Shown here: in pieces, positions 40,635 through 50,349 of the stretch
Numbering within the stretch: position 1 is the stretch's first letter
Layout: every line of letters starts with the position of its first letter
Origin: Kiritimatiellia bacterium
Lineage (GTDB): Bacteria; Verrucomicrobiota; Kiritimatiellia; RFP12; JBMNHG01
Direction: 5' to 3'
Length of the DNA: 64,000 nt
Assembly (NCBI GenBank): GCA_050950285.1
Contig: JBMNHG010000002.1
Location: 62,001 to 126,000 of the forward strand
Made by a program: the position numbers and the translations under genes
The notes under the pieces: model-generated
Database searches by the model: none
The model's input: the letters and a program-made list of their open reading frames with translations, nothing else
Told to the model about the DNA's origin: nothing

Positions 40635-43600
40635 TCACCGGAGCTCGAGGATCAACGTGCGGTTGCGGGGATGATCGAGCCTGCGGTTCATCTCGAGGAG
40701 GACGGGATACTCCTCGGGAGGGAGGATGGCCGGCACGCGCCGGAAGTCGCTCCGGAAACGCAGCACGAGGCGTCCATCGGCATGCCGCGATTCCTCCGAC
40801 GAAACGCGCAGTTCCCCCAGGCCGCACGGAAGCGTCCACGCGAGTTCCGGCGGACGCGCCGCCACTGCGGTCGTGCCGGCGGGAAGGGTCACGGTGCAAT
40901 CCCACGCGGCGTCGATGCGCCCGCCGCAAAGAAGCGGCAGCTTGCGGGTGTCGGCGCGCAGGTTCGCCACCTTCCCGCCCGCGCCGGGCACCAGCAGCGT
41001 CAGGGTCGAACCGGCGCGCGCCGCGTAGTTGGAGGCCATCGCGGTGTAGACGAGCCGGCCGGGGTAGCCGTCCAGGTCGAGCTCCAGCGGCCCCGCAGGC
41101 AGGGCCGCATGGGACAGGCCGCCCAGCAGCGACTGGTGGTGGCGATCCCGCTCCTCCGGCGGCATCTCGCGATAGGTCCGGCGGAAGCCCGCGCAGGCCG
41201 CGCCGAAGAATTCGTTGGTGACCGCGATGAACGCCGTGCCGTCGCCATCCACTTCGAGACCGTACGAGGAGGTTTCCCGGGAGCGGATTTCCTCCGGCAG
41301 CAGCAGCGGAGCCCGGCTGCCGTCTCGCGACAAGAGGCGGGAATGCTCCAGCCCGCAGGCGCCGAGTTCGGCGTACTGGTCGGTATCGTTCAGGTAGATG
41401 GGATCGTCCGGGGCGACGCCACGCGCGAGGGCGGGACGGGCGGTCAACCCGAGAAAGCCGCGCTTCGCGCGAACCGCCACGAGCGCGACATTGTAGGCGT
41501 CGGGGGCGGGAAACCTCTCGTGTTCGTCCGCCCAGGACGTGTCGGCGCCGGGGCTCGCGAGCTGCGGACGGGCGTCGAATCCCGCAGCCCGGAGCATCGT
41601 CGCAAGCAGGAGCGCACGGTCGGCGGAATGGCCATACCCATCCGCAAGCGTCGTGTCCGGCTCGGAGAAGTCGAGAGGGAGGTCCGTGAAGTTGGGACCG
41701 GCCAAACGGACGTTGCGCACCACGTGGTCGCGAATCGCACGGACTTTGTCGACGGGCGAATCCAGGGGTTCCACGAGTTCGCGGGCGAGGGCTTCCGCCT
41801 TGCGCGATCCGCCCCGGGCCGATCGTTCGAAGGCGTCGTGGATGAGGCCGGCGTATTCCGCCCAGTCGCCGAAGGAGACGGACAGCGAAGGAAGATAGGT
41901 CCACGAGGGAGGGCGCGAATCCTCGGGGGGAACGGGAGGGGAGTTCTCGACCCTCCAACGCAATTCGACGCCGCCGTCCGCGAGCGGGGTGCGGACGAAG
42001 GTCACGGGCTTGCCGGGATGGCGGATGAGGGGGTCGGGCATGTCCCGTGGAATGCGGATGGCCACTTCCTTGCGATCGATGGGTTCGGTGCCCTGGAAGA
42101 CGGCTGAAAGGTGGAAGAACGGCCGGTCGCGATGGAGCGCGCGGGTGGAGATGCGCAGCACGCTGCCGGTCTGGACCCCGGGGAGGCTCGCCACGAAGAT
42201 CCGCCCGGCGGGGTAGCGCGGGGCGTTCGCGGCCCAAGGGGCATCCATCAGGTTGAGTTCTTCGGGGCGTACCGTGCGCACGGAGCCGTCGGGGTTTTCA
42301 ACCCAAGCGGAAACCAGCTCGAAGTCCGTCCAGGCGGGGTTGAAGGCCACTTTGAATTCCGAAGCGTCCTTCACGCCGGCGTAGGTGAGCACCTCGCGGG
42401 CGGTGCGGCGTTCGATCGACCACGACGTCGGGGAGAGCAACGTGACAGACGTTTCGTCCGAGAGAACGCGGAGGTCGGGAAGGACGGGCGGATGGGCTTC
42501 GAAGAGTGGGCGCTGGCGGGCGACGCGCTCCGATTCCGCGAGAATCTCGCGCAGGCGCACGTACTCGTCGGGGGAGAGTTCGGGCTGGCGCACGAGCAGG
42601 GTGCGCGAGACGCGAAGGGTGTCGTCTTCGATCGCGACGCTTCGATGGAGGCGGATGCCGTCCGCGTCGATGTCAAGCGGATCAGGCAGGGTGCGGGGGG
42701 CGCCGAGGGCGCCGTGAAGGACGATTCCGATGGTCTCCTCCGTACCGCAGGCCACTTCGGTCTCCAAGGGGAAACGCCGTTTGCGAAGGCCGGTGTCGCC
42801 GAGAATCCAGTTCACGTATCCGACGCTCCCGCTGAAGAGCGGCAGCTCGACGGCATCGAGACCTTCGCCGCGCAGCGGCCAGTCGCGCACGCGGCAGGCG
42901 AGCGTGGCGGAGAGGGGCTGCTCCGTGTCGCGCAGGTCGTCGGGGAGGAGCTCGAAGCGCAAGACCTCCGCTCCAGGGAGGCGATGCTTGACCAGCCCCT
43001 CGAAGAAGGTCCGGCGCTGCTCCGGCTTGATGCGCGAGAAAAAGTTCCGGTACACGGAGTCGTTCACGCCCTCGAAGTCGAATCGCGTCTCAAGGGAAAG
43101 CGTGTCGTCCGGCGCGAGGTCGCCCGTGGTGGCCACGCGGACCAGATTGTCCTCGGCAGGCGGAACGGGCGAGACGGCAAGCGTCTCGCCGTTCGGATGG
43201 GCCACGAGATAACTGCGGTTGCAAAGGTAGGCGGGGAGAAGGTCGCGGGTGTTTTCATCGGTGGGATCCATCAGCTGATACCCGCCATCGGGAAGGGCCA
43301 CGGCGGCAATCGCATGGTTGAAATAGGGGAGCGGAACCTCCGGATCCATCTTCGCGCCGGCGTGGATCAACACGGGGAAGGCCTCGAGGTCCGCGAGGCG
43401 GAGCATGGCCACGAGCAATGCGGCCTTGTCGCGGCAGACGCCATAGCGGTTGTGGAAGGTCGTCGAGACATCGTGAGGTTCGTAGCCGGGGGCGACCTCC
43501 TCGGTGGTGATGCCCATGTAGCGGACGTTCTGGGAAACCCAGGCGAAGATGCGGCGAACCTTTTCCGCATCCGACGAAGCGCCCTCCACGAGCGCCGCGA

Positions 43601-44477
43601 CCGTCTCGCGCATTTCGTCGGTGACCGACTCCAGGCGCGGCAGGCAGAGGTTCCAGTACCACCGGGACAGAGCCGGCCAATCCTCGGAGGTGCTGGAGAG
43701 GATGCGCATCACCTGCGTGTGAAGCGGCGGCATGTTCGGCTCGGGGAAGGCCTGCGGGACGTCGCGGAAGCGCCAGCGGTGGAGCGTCGGGCCGTCCGGA
43801 AGCGACTCGGTGGAGGACTCGACCGTTCCTTCCACCGGATCGCGCAGGACGACATGACGCAGCGGACGATCCGCCGGCGCGATGATTTCATAGGTGAAGG
43901 CCTTCACGGGCGCGGTGGATTCGAAGATCATGTAGTCGGCCCAGGCGTCGGGAACGCGCGCCTTCGTCGTGGCGCGGAGGCAGAGGATGTGGCAGGTGTC
44001 GCCCACTTCAAGCCCGGGGACCGAAAGGGCAAGGGTTTTATCGTTCGGATCGTAGATGTTCGAACCCATCCCCCTGGCATCCGTGACAAGGGTGCAGTTG
44101 CGGTCCAGATCCACGGGGATGCAACGGCCGTCGGGCTTGAGGATTTCCGCGCGCGCGACGATGGCGGTGCCGTAGACCACATTGAAGCCGAAATGACGCG
44201 TGAGGTGCTCGCGCCGCCCCTTCTCGGTGAGGACCTTGTAGTATTCGTCATCGAGCATCAGCGCCGTGCCGTCGGGGAGATAGCGCTCGCGCACCAGATC
44301 GTCCACCAGCACATCGTCGGCATCGGGATAGCGTTCGACCGTGACCTCTGCGGCGGAGGCAGCGACGGCGTCCCGATCCAGCAAGTCGCCCAGCACGTCG
44401 AAGGGCGCAGGCAGTCCCGCCGCGAACAGGGAAGACGACAAAAGGAGCGCGGCGGAAAAAAGAAGCAGGCGTTTCAT
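40635..44477 (-). CDS. Secreted tandem DUF3857 + transglutaminase-like protein
   Basis: MKRLLLFSAALLLSSSLFA signal; PGLEVGD; WVSQNVRY; YGVCRDKA..L..ML; FNHAI; MDPT; second degenerate module. Confidence 0.88.
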   Translation of the reverse strand: MKRLLLFSAALLLSSSLFAAGLPAPFDVLGDLLDRDAVAASAAEVTVERYPDADDVLVDDLVRERYLPDGTALMLDDEYYKVLTEKGRREHLTRHFGFNVVYGTAIVARAEILKPDGRCIPVDLDRNCTLVTDARGMGSNIYDPNDKTLALSVPGLEVGDTCHILCLRATTKARVPDAWADYMIFESTAPVKAFTYEIIAPADRPLRHVVLRDPVEGTVESSTESLPDGPTLHRWRFRDVPQAFPEPNMPPLHTQVMRILSSTSEDWPALSRWYWNLCLPRLESVTDEMRETVAALVEGASSDAEKVRRIFAWVSQNVRYMGITTEEVAPGYEPHDVSTTFHNRYGVCRDKAALLVAMLRLADLEAFPVLIHAGAKMDPEVPLPYFNHAIAAVALPDGGYQLMDPTDENTRDLLPAYLCNRSYLVAHPNGETLAVSPVPPAEDNLVRVATTGDLAPDDTLSLETRFDFEGVNDSVYRNFFSRIKPEQRRTFFEGLVKHRLPGAEVLRFELLPDDLRDTEQPLSATLACRVRDWPLRGEGLDAVELPLFSGSVGYVNWILGDTGLRKRRFPLETEVACGTEETIGIVLHGALGAPRTLPDPLDIDADGIRLHRSVAIEDDTLRVSRTLLVRQPELSPDEYVRLREILAESERVARQRPLFEAHPPVLPDLRVLSDETSVTLLSPTSWSIERRTAREVLTYAGVKDASEFKVAFNPAWTDFELVSAWVENPDGSVRTVRPEELNLMDAPWAANAPRYPAGRIFVASLPGVQTGSVLRISTRALHRDRPFFHLSAVFQGTEPIDRKEVAIRIPRDMPDPLIRHPGKPVTFVRTPLADGGVELRWRVENSPPVPPEDSRPPSWTYLPSLSVSFGDWAEYAGLIHDAFERSARGGSRKAEALARELVEPLDSPVDKVRAIRDHVVRNVRLAGPNFTDLPLDFSEPDTTLADGYGHSADRALLLATMLRAAGFDARPQLASPGADTSWADEHERFPAPDAYNVALVAVRAKRGFLGLTARPALARGVAPDDPIYLNDTDQYAELGACGLEHSRLLSRDGSRAPLLLPEEIRSRETSSYGLEVDGDGTAFIAVTNEFFGAACAGFRRTYREMPPEERDRHHQSLLGGLSHAALPAGPLELDLDGYPGRLVYTAMASNYAARAGSTLTLLVPGAGGKVANLRADTRKLPLLCGGRIDAAWDCTVTLPAGTTAVAARPPELAWTLPCGLGELRVSSEESRHADGRLVLRFRSDFRRVPAILPPEEYPVLLEMNRRLDHPRNRTLILELR

Positions 44478-44769
44478 GAAGACATTGTCCACATCCACAG
44501 CGAAGGTGGAAACAAAATTCGAGACCCGTCCGGAATCGGCTGGTGGCGGGTGTGCGCCAAAGGGGGGGCACGAGGGACGGGCGTCCGCTCGCCCGCAATC
44601 CGGAATGGCGGGCGGGGACGCTCCCGCCCCGCCCCCACATCCCTGTCGCCGGCCGATGGCGTTTTGAGCTTGACGCCTTTCCACCTCCTTCGCATCATGG
44701 CGGCATGGATGGGGGGTCGGCTCGTCCCGCCGCCCCCGGCATGCGGCAACGGTCTTTGCGGGAGTCTCC

Positions 44770-47700
44770 ATGGCGGATTGTTTCCGAAGATTGCACACGC
44801 TCCGCTCCGCGCGGCCCGCCGCGGATCCGGCCATCCTGGTCGTCCTGGCCGCGGCCCCCCTGCTCCATGCCGCGGAAGCGCCGGACGACCCCCAGTGGCG
44901 GCAGGCCGCCGATCTGTATGGCAAGCGGCACTGGGCCGACGCCGAAAAGGCTTTCCTGGCCTATGCCAGGCGCTTCCCCGCCCCTCCGCGCCGCGCGGAC
45001 GCGCTGGTCGGGGCGGGCGCATGCAGCCTGATGCTGCACGACGCCCCCGCCGCCCGCCGCCACTTCGAGAAGGCGGCCTACGACGAGGATGCCCGGCGCA
45101 AGTCCCCCAAGGCCGTCGCGGAGGCCTTCGACCGGCTCCACGCGCTGCTTCTGGAGGAAGGGGCTTCGGCCGCCCGGCGCGCCCGCGTGCTCGACGACTG
45201 CCGCCGGCGCCTTCCGGACTGTGCCGCGCTCCCGCGGATGCAGGAGCGCGAGGGCGACGCGCTGCTGGCCGCCGGCCTCCACCGCCAGGCGGCGGACCGC
45301 TACGTGTCGGCCGGCGCCGGGCTCTCCCCCGGCGGCACGAACACCCTCCGCCTGCTCCGCGGTTGCTTTTCCGTCAGCCCGCCGCCGCTCGACGGGGCGG
45401 ACGCCGCGCGGCTTGCCGAGGCGGTCCGGGCCAAGCCCGCCTGTTCCGCCGCCCTGTGCGGCCTGCTGTCCGGGCGCCGCGAAGGCTGGCTGGCCGAGGA
45501 CGTCCGGGCGCGGCATCTGCTGGACTCCGGGAAGGCCTCCGAGGCCGCCGCCGCGTGGGAGGCCATGCTCCGCCGCCGCCGCGGCCCGCCCGACCGCATC
45601 GCCTTCGCGCGCTGCGAGGCGCTGGCCGCCTGGAAGCCGGGGAAGGGCATCGAGGCGCTGGAGGAGTGGCTGGAGCGCTACAAGGACTCGCCGCTGCGCG
45701 AGCGCGCCGCCGCCTGCCACGCCCTGCTGCCGGCCCGCCATGGCGACCCGGCCGAGGCGGCATCCCGCCTCGGGGCCTTCCTCGGGGAATACCCCGGCAG
45801 CCGCTTCGCGCCCGAGGCCCGGCAGGCGCTGGCCAGGGCGCGCGGCGCATCGGACCGGCTGGAACAGCTCCGGGCGGCGCAGGCCGCCAAGGAGGAGAGG
45901 CGCCGGCGCGACCCGGCGTCGGCCGACCTCGAACGCGCCGAGTCGCTCCTCTCCCAGGGACGCCACGCCGACGCCGAAAAGGCCTTCCTGTCCTTCCGCG
46001 ACCGCCGCCGCCATCCGCTGTGGGGGCGCGCCTGGCATGGCCTCGGCAAAGCCCGCCACGCCCGGGGCGACACGCAGGGCGCTCTCGCCGCCTGGGACGA
46101 CCTCTGGCGGCGCTCGCTGGCCGACACCAACGTCCTGTGCGCCGCCCGGGCCCGCCGCGCGGCGGGCGACGCCTGGCTCGAGGATCTCGGCGAGCCGGCC
46201 CGCGCCCTGAAGGCCTACGACGAAGCCGCGTCACGCACCGACTTTTCCGACCCCGCCTTCGACCTCAACCGCGGGCTCGCCCTGCTGATGCTCGGGCGCG
46301 CCCCGGAGGCCGCGGCCGTCTTCACCCGCCGCCGCGACGCGTCCGCCGGCGACAAGGCCGAGTTCCTGCGCTGGGACCGCCTCGCGAAGGAGTGCGCCGC
46401 CGGACGCCTGGCGCCGCCCCCGCGCGGCCTGCTCCCCGACCAGCGCCGCGCCCGTACCGACCTGGCGATGGCCGACGCCCTCCTCGCGGCCGGCGAGCCG
46501 GCCCGCGCCCTGAGGCTCTACCGCCGCGCGTCCGCCCCCCTGGCGGGCCACGAGGGGGCCGACCGGTGCGACCTGGGCATGGCGCTCGCCCTGGCCGCCC
46601 TCGGCCGGCCGAAGGAGGCGCTCGCCCTCTACGGGCGTTTCACGGGCGAACACGGGCGCAGCCCGCTGGCCGCCGGAGCCCTGCTCCGCGCCGGCACGCT
46701 CTGCGCATTGCCCCGCGTGAACGACTTCAAAGGCGCCTGCCAGTGGTTCGCCCGGGTCGTCGAAAACCACCCCGGCACGCGCGAGGCCGAGGCGGCGGAG
46801 TTCTATGCCGCCACCCTCGCCTGGCGCGGGCGCAAGTGGGCCGAGGCCGAAAAACTCCACAAGGCCTTCGCCGCCAACCATCCCGGCTCCCCGCTGGCGC
46901 GCGTGGCCCTCGACGAGCGCCTCCCCGCCATCGCCAGGAAATCGCTGGAGGTGCCGACAGGCGGAGGGATCGACCGCACAAACACGGTCTACGTGGCTCC
47001 CGGCAGCCGCAAGCGCTCGGCCTTTCCGATCGTCAAGGAGGGCGTCTATAACGCCTGCCTGGATATCCGCAGCGAACGGGCGTTCAAGGAGTCGCACGTC
47101 GAGGATGTCGACCCGCGCGACGGCACCGCGCTCTGGACCGGGCCCACCGTGAAAAGCCCGTCCTGGCACCGCTACCACCTCTCCGACGCCTACTCCAGCC
47201 AGGAGTACGTGATGGTGCGGGGGACTTTCGCGGAGCCGTCCGGCCGAGGCGGCGGCGCCGGCGGCGGCCTGCCGCCCTTCCGCGTCACCGTTCCGTCGGT
47301 CGACGTCGACTGGGCGGGCTTTGCCGGTCCGGCGGACGAAAACGGGGAGGAGGCCCGCTTCGTCGTCGTGCCGCTCAACACCAACAAGGCGGACGACATC
47401 CGCGGGATCAAGCTCCACGACCCCTTCGACGACGACCAGCGAAACGACCGTCCCCGATTCCCGCATGGCAAGCCCGTCCATCCCGACATCACGCTCCATT
47501 GGGAGGCGGGGAACCCGCTCGCCCTGCTCGGGGGAACCACGGTTTACACGGACAAAATCGAGATCGACGCCGGGGAGGTCGACTGGCCCCTGGATTACGC
47601 CGTCATCCCGCGTCATTCGGCCATTTCCTTCGCCATCGCCGCCGAGGGCCAGGCCGCCGAGGGCGGCAAGGCGGTGGACATCGTCCACGGGCGCATCGTC

Positions 47701-49508
47701 GACGTGGACATCGACGTCGACGCCAACTATGACGGCAAAATTGATGACGCCGACGAGCCTTTGGAGGTGGACCCCGGCGGCTATGTGTGCGTCGGAACCA
47801 ACAACCTGACGCCGGTCACGCTCAAGTTGGAGCCCGTCGGTCTGCCCGGCAAACTGACCCTCTCGGCGACGATGGGAGGGGACCGAATCCGCATCTGGAA
47901 AGACGCCGGGCGCGCGGTCGAGGTGGTATTGACCAATGGCTGCGCCCAGGTGGCTCCCGGCACGCTCTACGTCGAGGGGGTCACCAACAGCGCCGCCCTC
48001 CGCGACGTGGAACTCCGCATCGAGTACGACGAGAACCCACAGGGCCAGGACAATCCCCCTCTTCAAGTGCGAGGACAGGGTGCGGCTGACGGTCGTGAAG
48101 GTGGATCTGGATGTGGATGCGAACAACGACGACGAAATCAACGACGACGACGATCCGCTGGAAGAGGATCCCGGCGGACTGGCCTGCGTCTGCACGAACC
48201 ACCTGGCACCGGTCAAGCTGGCACTCAAGCCCGACGGTCTGACCGGCAAACTGACCCTCTCGGCGACGATGGGAGGGGACCGAATCCGCGTCTGGCGGGA
48301 CGCCGGGCGCATGATCGAAGTGCCACTGACCACCGGCGTCGTCTGGAACGCCGGCGCGGCGGTTCCCGGCACGCTCTACGTCGAGGGGGTCACCAACAGC
48401 GCCGCCCTCCGCGACGTGGAGCTGCGCCTCGAGTACGACGAGAACCCGCCGGGCCAGAGCAACCCCCTCTTCAAGTGCGAGGACAGGGTGCGGCTGACGG
48501 TACTCTCTGTCGATTTGGCTGCAACCGATCTTGATGGAACTGTTACCGACGCCGTTGAGGACACGCCCGGTGCCTTCGTCCATTGGAACTTGGACAATGA
48601 TGATTCCAGTAACAACTCCGTTGGATCCCCGAAGCGTTCAGGGGCGGATTACCTGCAAGCAGGGGCGGCGAAGGTTGCCGGCGAGAACGATTTGAAGTCC
48701 CTTGCAATGTCACTGCAACCGAATCTGAATCAAGGTTCTGTTGTCCTGAACATCGCCAACGCCAAAGCGGCGATCTGGAAAGACGCTGAAAAGGGCAGTG
48801 CGAATCTCGTTCTTGCCGGACCGGGTGACAAGACATGGAATCTTTCGGACGCCGGACAGAAGGCGGATTTCCTCAGTCTATGTTCAAGCCTTCTGGTCGA
48901 GGGGGTGGATGGCGGCACATGCGATATCAAGCTCAGCTACAAGGACACCTTCGGCACCGAAATCTGCTCCGACAAGGTCAAGTACACCTTCATCGCCGCC
49001 GATTGCGGACGGCAGCCAACAACCACTGCTACTCCTAGTCAAAGGGTTCGATTTGAAGGGGTATTCCCAAAACTGGAGCGTTGCGAGTGGAGTATCACGG
49101 ACAACAACTTCCCGAACCGCACGTACAACTGCATCGCCTGGTCTGTCGGAGAGTCGGGGATATGGTACAACCCGGACTATATAGACCAAGTATTTGGTGA
49201 TAATGACGGTATCTTCGAGAACAGCGACATGGACGCCTTCTACAATGCCAAAAAAGGCTGGCATCCGACGGCATCGGGGAGCATCTGATGCGGAAGCCAT
49301 ATACTATCCCTATCCCGGAAATTGGGACTATTTGCATACTCCACCGCCTGAGACTGGCTACCACGGTGCAAAGAAAAAGGGGTGCACATGCGGTGCTGGG
49401 AAGTGGATCATGTTTGAGAGCAAGTGCGGATCATGGGAAAAGATCGAACACGTGTGGGATCAACTCAATGGTTCGAGCTATGGCTCTGCAGGACGGTTCT
49501 ATAAGTAG
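44770..49508 (+). CDS. Putative full-length polymorphic toxin: signal-like N-terminus, TPR carrier, Asp-rich Ig-like repeats, papain-like CT1. Two +1 frameshifts (about 48055-48059 and 49276-49279); about 1578 aa if corrected
   Basis: ORF-track pieces 44770-48534, 47936-49288 and 49194-49508 join by successive +1 shifts. First shift shown by comparison with sister repeats (AAT CCC C CTC TTC vs AAC CCC CTC TTC). TPR-like motifs (F..EYPGSRFAPEA, VVENHPGTREAEAA). Confidence 0.75.
47177..48095 (+). repeat. Constant region copy 1 (about 0.9 kb; other copies at about 50317-51235, 55475-56350, 59300-60163)
   Basis: Near-identical DNA encoding GGLPPFRVTVPSVDVDW...DIVHGR.VDVD.DVDAN.DG...TLYVEG...RDVELR.EYDENP....PLFKC.D.V.LTV. 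Confidence 0.95.
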
Positions 49509-49519
49509 GAGTTTCGATT

Positions 49520-50218
49520 ATGAAGACCTTTAAGACTGGGCTTTGCGTTGGCATTCTTCTCGCTCTTGGATCTTTTTGGTGCCGTGGTTCCGACGAGCAG
49601 GTGCATAGATTGTTCGAGGAACGTTACGCAGCGTGGAGGACGTGGGTAAAAGAACACCCGTATTCGTCAACATACATGGCAAACAAGGAGTTTTATGCCA
49701 TAGTCAACCTTGGTGTACCCGCGATTCCATTGATCGTTGAGAAGATCGAGCAGAACCCTGAGGATTTTCACTTGGGCAGTGCGATCAGCATTATTTCAAA
49801 ACGGAGGTTCGCGAAGTCGGATTGGCCCCAAGACAAACTTGGCGACTCTATAACGGCGGCAAGCATGTATGTGCAATGGTGGAAGGAAGGCCGTTTTAAG
49901 ACGGGAGAGCGGTTTGTGGAACTGTATGGCGAATGGAAGTCATTGAAGGCGGGGAAGAAGGACAAAGAGGCGGAGGAAACATACCGGCGGATTATTGATC
50001 TTGGTATTCCGGCCTTGCCCTACCTCATTGAGAAGGTTGAGCAACAACCCGAGTTTGTGCAGGGTATCTCGAGGTTGTCCGATGGAGCGTTGCCCCCAAC
50101 GGCGACGGGTGCCGATTGCAGACAATGGTGGGAAAAGAACAAGCAGAAGTTTGAACTGCCGCCCCAATCTGAATCGAAGCAGAGTTTCGAGAAGAATGAA
50201 TCGTTGATCTGCCGATAA
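49520..50218 (+). CDS. Putative immunity protein for CT1 (exported, internal two-fold helical repeat)
   Basis: Directly after toxin stop (TAGGAG SD); signal peptide; low GC; repeated (I/V)xLG(V/I)PA(I/L)P..(V/I)EK..Q.PE ... QWW. Confidence 0.7.
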   Translation: MKTFKTGLCVGILLALGSFWCRGSDEQVHRLFEERYAAWRTWVKEHPYSSTYMANKEFYAIVNLGVPAIPLIVEKIEQNPEDFHLGSAISIISKRRFAKSDWPQDKLGDSITAASMYVQWWKEGRFKTGERFVELYGEWKSLKAGKKDKEAEETYRRIIDLGIPALPYLIEKVEQQPEFVQGISRLSDGALPPTATGADCRQWWEKNKQKFELPPQSESKQSFEKNESLICR

Positions 50219-50349
50219 CTTCTCCAGGGGCTTAAGGGGTCAGGAAAAATGTGTCTGGTCGACCATGATTCGCTCGGCGCGGGCGTTCTCTGGACCGGCC
50301 CGGACCCCGAAACTCTCACCTCTCCGACGCCTACTCCAGCCAGGAGTAC

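Noticed and set aside
42111..47051. 1646-aa plus-strand ORF, and other long shadow ORFs such as 17156-20878, 28597-31455 and 35805-38423
   Set aside because: Antisense or off-frame to well-supported genes, with Arg/Gly/Pro-rich low-information translations typical of high-GC DNA.
48060..48534. C-terminal 158 aa of the 1254-aa ORF as real protein
   Set aside because: It is the off-frame reading of the conserved repeat after the +1 shift.
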